Below are positions 56,715 to 59,162 of a stretch of DNA of 59,162 bases, one piece after another (position 1 is the first letter of the stretch; every line of letters starts with the position of its first letter). Origin of the DNA: Robiginitomaculum sp. GTDB lineage: Bacteria; Pseudomonadota; Alphaproteobacteria; Caulobacterales; Maricaulaceae. The stretch is from NCBI GenBank assembly GCA_016763185.1, contig JAESUG010000047.1, positions 1-59,162 on the forward strand, given 5' to 3'. The translations under genes and the position numbers were made by a program. The notes beneath the pieces were generated by a model. That model saw only the letters and a list, made by a program, of their open reading frames with translations, did no database searches and was not told the origin of the DNA.

Positions 56715-58186
56715 TGACCGACTTTACCAAGCTTTCTTTAAGCGAAGCGGTGGCGGGCTTGCGGTCCAAACAGTTTTCATCACGCGAATTAACCGCGGCG
56801 CATTTGGAGGCCATGGAGGCGGCGCGTTCCTTGAACGCATTTTTACTGGAAACCCCGGAAAAAGCCTTGGCTATGGCTGATGCTGCGGATGCGAAACTGG
56901 CCAAGTCCGAAGGCGGTATTTTGGAAGGCGCACCGATTGGCATCAAGGATTTGTTTTGCGTAAACGGCGTAAAAACCACTGCGGGTAGCAAAATTTTGGG
57001 CGAGTTTATCCCGCCGTATGAAAGCACGGTTACCGGCAATCTATGGGCCGATGGCGCGGTGATGCTCGGCAAATTGAACATGGACGAATTTGCGATGGGT
57101 TCGTCCAATGAAAACAGCGCCTTTGGTCCTGTGATCAACCCTTGGCAACGGGATGGCTCTAATACCGCATTGGTACCCGGTGGCTCGTCCGGTGGTTCAA
57201 CCTCGGCGGTGGCAGCCGATCTTTGTTTGGCCGCGATCGGCACTGACACCGGTGGCTCCATCCGCCAACCGGCCGCATTTACGGGATTGGTTGGGATAAA
57301 GCCAACCTATGGCCGGTGTTCGCGTTATGGTGTTGTGGCATTTGCTTCGTCATTGGATCAAGCTGGGCCGATTGCCAAAACCGTCACGGATGCGGCGCTC
57401 ATGCTGGGCAGCATGTGCGGCTATGACCCCAAAGATAGCACCAGTTTGGATGTGAAAACCCCTGACTTTGTCGCGGCCTGTACCCGCTCTTTGAAGGGTT
57501 TACGCATTGGTATCCCCAAGGAATACCGCATGGATGGCATGCCAAGCGAAATTGAAACCCTATGGGAGCAAGGCACTCAGTGGTTGCGCGATGCGGGTTG
57601 TGAAATTGTTGATGTTAGTTTGCCGCACACCAAATATGCCTTGCCGGCCTATTATATTATCGCCCCAGCCGAAGCATCTTCGAATTTGGCGCGCTATGAC
57701 GGCATGCGCTATGGCACGCGGGTCGATGGCGCGGATTTGAACAGCACCTATGAACGCACCCGCGCCGAGGGCTTTGGCGAGGAAGTTCGCCGCCGGATTA
57801 TGATCGGTACCTATGTTTTGTCCGCCGGGTTTTATGATGCTTATTATATTCGTGCCCAAAAAGTACGGGCCAGAATTGCCGAAGATTTTCGAAATGCCTG
57901 GGAAGTGTGTGACGCATTGCTGACCCCGACCACACCTAGCGCCGCATTTGGCATTGGCGAGGTGTCGGATGATCCAGTGCAAATGTACCTAAACGACGTG
58001 TTCACCGTAACCGCAAACTTGGCCGGACTACCGGGGATATCCATCCCCGCCGCCCTTGACCATCAAGGCCTGCCCTTGGGGTTGCAAGTGATCGGCAAAG
58101 CCTTGGACGAAGAAACCTGCTTTGCGGTCGGCGCCACCATCGAACGCGCCGCCGAATTTAACGCCAAACCAACGCATTGGTGGTGA
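56714..58186 (+). CDS. gatA: Asp/Glu-tRNA amidotransferase subunit A
   Basis: Amidase signature GGSSGGS...[12 protein letters not shown]. 490 aa. Confidence 0.95.
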   Translation: MTDFTKLSLSEAVAGLRSKQFSSRELTAAHLEAMEAARSLNAFLLETPEKALAMADAADAKLAKSEGGILEGAPIGIKDLFCVNGVKTTAGSKILGEFIPPYESTVTGNLWADGAVMLGKLNMDEFAMGSSNENSAFGPVINPWQRDGSNTALVPGGSSGGSTSAVAADLCLAAIGTDTGGSIRQPAAFTGLVGIKPTYGRCSRYGVVAFASSLDQAGPIAKTVTDAALMLGSMCGYDPKDSTSLDVKTPDFVAACTRSLKGLRIGIPKEYRMDGMPSEIETLWEQGTQWLRDAGCEIVDVSLPHTKYALPAYYIIAPAEASSNLARYDGMRYGTRVDGADLNSTYERTRAEGFGEEVRRRIMIGTYVLSAGFYDAYYIRAQKVRARIAEDFRNAWEVCDALLTPTTPSAAFGIGEVSDDPVQMYLNDVFTVTANLAGLPGISIPAALDHQGLPLGLQVIGKALDEETCFAVGATIERAAEFNAKPTHWW

Positions 58187-58206
58187 GCGCAAAATAAGAG
58201 ATACAA

Positions 58207-59162
58207 ATGTTTACAGCGAAACGAGTTGCTTTAAAATCAGACTGGATAACCACAGACACCGGTGATTGGGAGATTATCATCGGCTTGGAAATTCACGCCC
58301 AAGTCGCCTCACAATCGAAATTGTTCTCTGGGGCCGCCACCGAGTTCGGGGCAGAGCCGAATACCCAAGTGTCGCTGGTTGATGCGGCCATGCCCGGCAT
58401 GTTGCCGGTGTTGAACGAATATTGTCTGGCGCAGGCGGTGCGTACTGGTTTTGGCTTGGGCGCGAAAATCAACTTGTATTCGCGCTTTGATCGCAAAAAC
58501 TATTTCTATCCAGATCTGCCACAAGGCTATCAGATCAGCCAATTATATCATCCGATCGTTGGTGAAGGCGAAATTGAGATCGATGTGGACGATGGCCAGC
58601 CGATGATCGTTGGCATTGAGCGTTTGCACCTCGAACAAGATGCCGGCAAATCCATTCATGATCTGGACCCCAATTCAACCTATGTCGACCTGAACCGGTG
58701 TGGTGTGGCCTTGATGGAAATTGTCTCGAAGCCGGACATGCGCTCGGCGGCTGAGGCCGTAGGTTACGTCAAAAAAGTTCGCTCCATCGTGCGCTATTTG
58801 GGCACGTGTGATGGCGATATGGAAAAAGGAAATTTACGCGCCGATGTTAATGTTTCCGTGCGCCGTCCTGGTGGCGAGCTGGGTACCCGGTGCGAGATAA
58901 AAAACGTAAATTCAATGCGTTTTATTGCTCAAGCTATTGAATATGAAGCCAGACGGCAAATTGAAATTTTGGAGAACGGCGGTGAAATTGACCAAGAAAC
59001 CAGATTATTCAACGCTGATGCTGGGGAAACCCGGCCGATGCGCTCGAAAGAAGATGCCCATGATTATCGCTATTTTCCGTGCCCGGATTTACTGCCTGTA
59101 GAATTATCCCAAGCTTATGTCGACGAGATCAAAGCCGCCTTGCCCGAACTGCCCGATGCCAA
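58207..59162 (+). CDS. gatB: Asp/Glu-tRNA amidotransferase subunit B (5' part, runs off the window)
   Basis: The frame from ATG 58207 stays open to the end of the window. [32 protein letters not shown]. Confidence 0.92.
   Translation, partial: MFTAKRVALKSDWITTDTGDWEIIIGLEIHAQVASQSKLFSGAATEFGAEPNTQVSLVDAAMPGMLPVLNEYCLAQAVRTGFGLGAKINLYSRFDRKNYFYPDLPQGYQISQLYHPIVGEGEIEIDVDDGQPMIVGIERLHLEQDAGKSIHDLDPNSTYVDLNRCGVALMEIVSKPDMRSAAEAVGYVKKVRSIVRYLGTCDGDMEKGNLRADVNVSVRRPGGELGTRCEIKNVNSMRFIAQAIEYEARRQIEILENGGEIDQETRLFNADAGETRPMRSKEDAHDYRYFPCPDLLPVELSQAYVDEIKAALPELPDA

Overview
This is a 59.2 kb chromosomal window with an alphaproteobacterial gene repertoire: the DUF1476 zeta inhibitor of F1Fo-ATPase, split purS/purQ/purL, a PleC/DivJ-type kinase, gatCAB, and an RcGTA-like cluster. 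All calls rest on reading the ORF translations and the DNA by eye; no database search was possible.

Gene order, left to right:
- 1-1500: a visibly AT-richer, partly degraded stretch. It holds an XRE-type HTH gene killed by two in-frame stop codons.
- 1604-2595: two tandem secreted thioredoxin-like paralogues.
- 2605-9219: the zeta inhibitor, purC-purS-purQ-purL-bolA, an aldo/keto reductase, grxD and rpsD.
- 9402-14043: isochorismatase-family hydrolase, DUF2336-like protein, small PAN-domain protein, class A PBP and ycgN.
- 14242-27355: a complete RcGTA-type gene transfer agent head-tail cluster (g2 to g15 equivalents). There is no integrase, repressor, replication or lysis gene. The g13 equivalent is split by a frameshift.
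- 27406-39208: a CbpA-like J-protein, PepSY plus OmpR/HK pair 1, an unassignable 443-aa protein, OsmC, DegP/HtrA, OmpR/HK pair 2 and glnE.
- 39276-47291: PleC/DivJ-type PAS kinase, REC-only regulator with an Arg-rich tail, pepN, a 179-aa unknown and an MltF-like transglycosylase.
- 47667-48457: an M15 endolysin plus a 3TM GTA-type holin, about 20 kb from the GTA cluster. Two unusually structured non-coding tracts flank it, carrying copies of a 36-bp repeat in inverted orientation.
- 49068-59162: a wHTH/Pol-beta nucleotidyltransferase-like protein coupled to an acyltransferase-3, GDP-mannose genes, a PhoR-like kinase, ugd, ruvX and gatCAB (gatB cut by the window edge).

The most interesting signals are the repeat-bracketed, unlinked lysis cassette and its structured flanks, the g13 frameshift, and the uncharacterised NTase-acyltransferase pair. 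No rRNA, tRNA, CRISPR array, transposase or integrase was seen.
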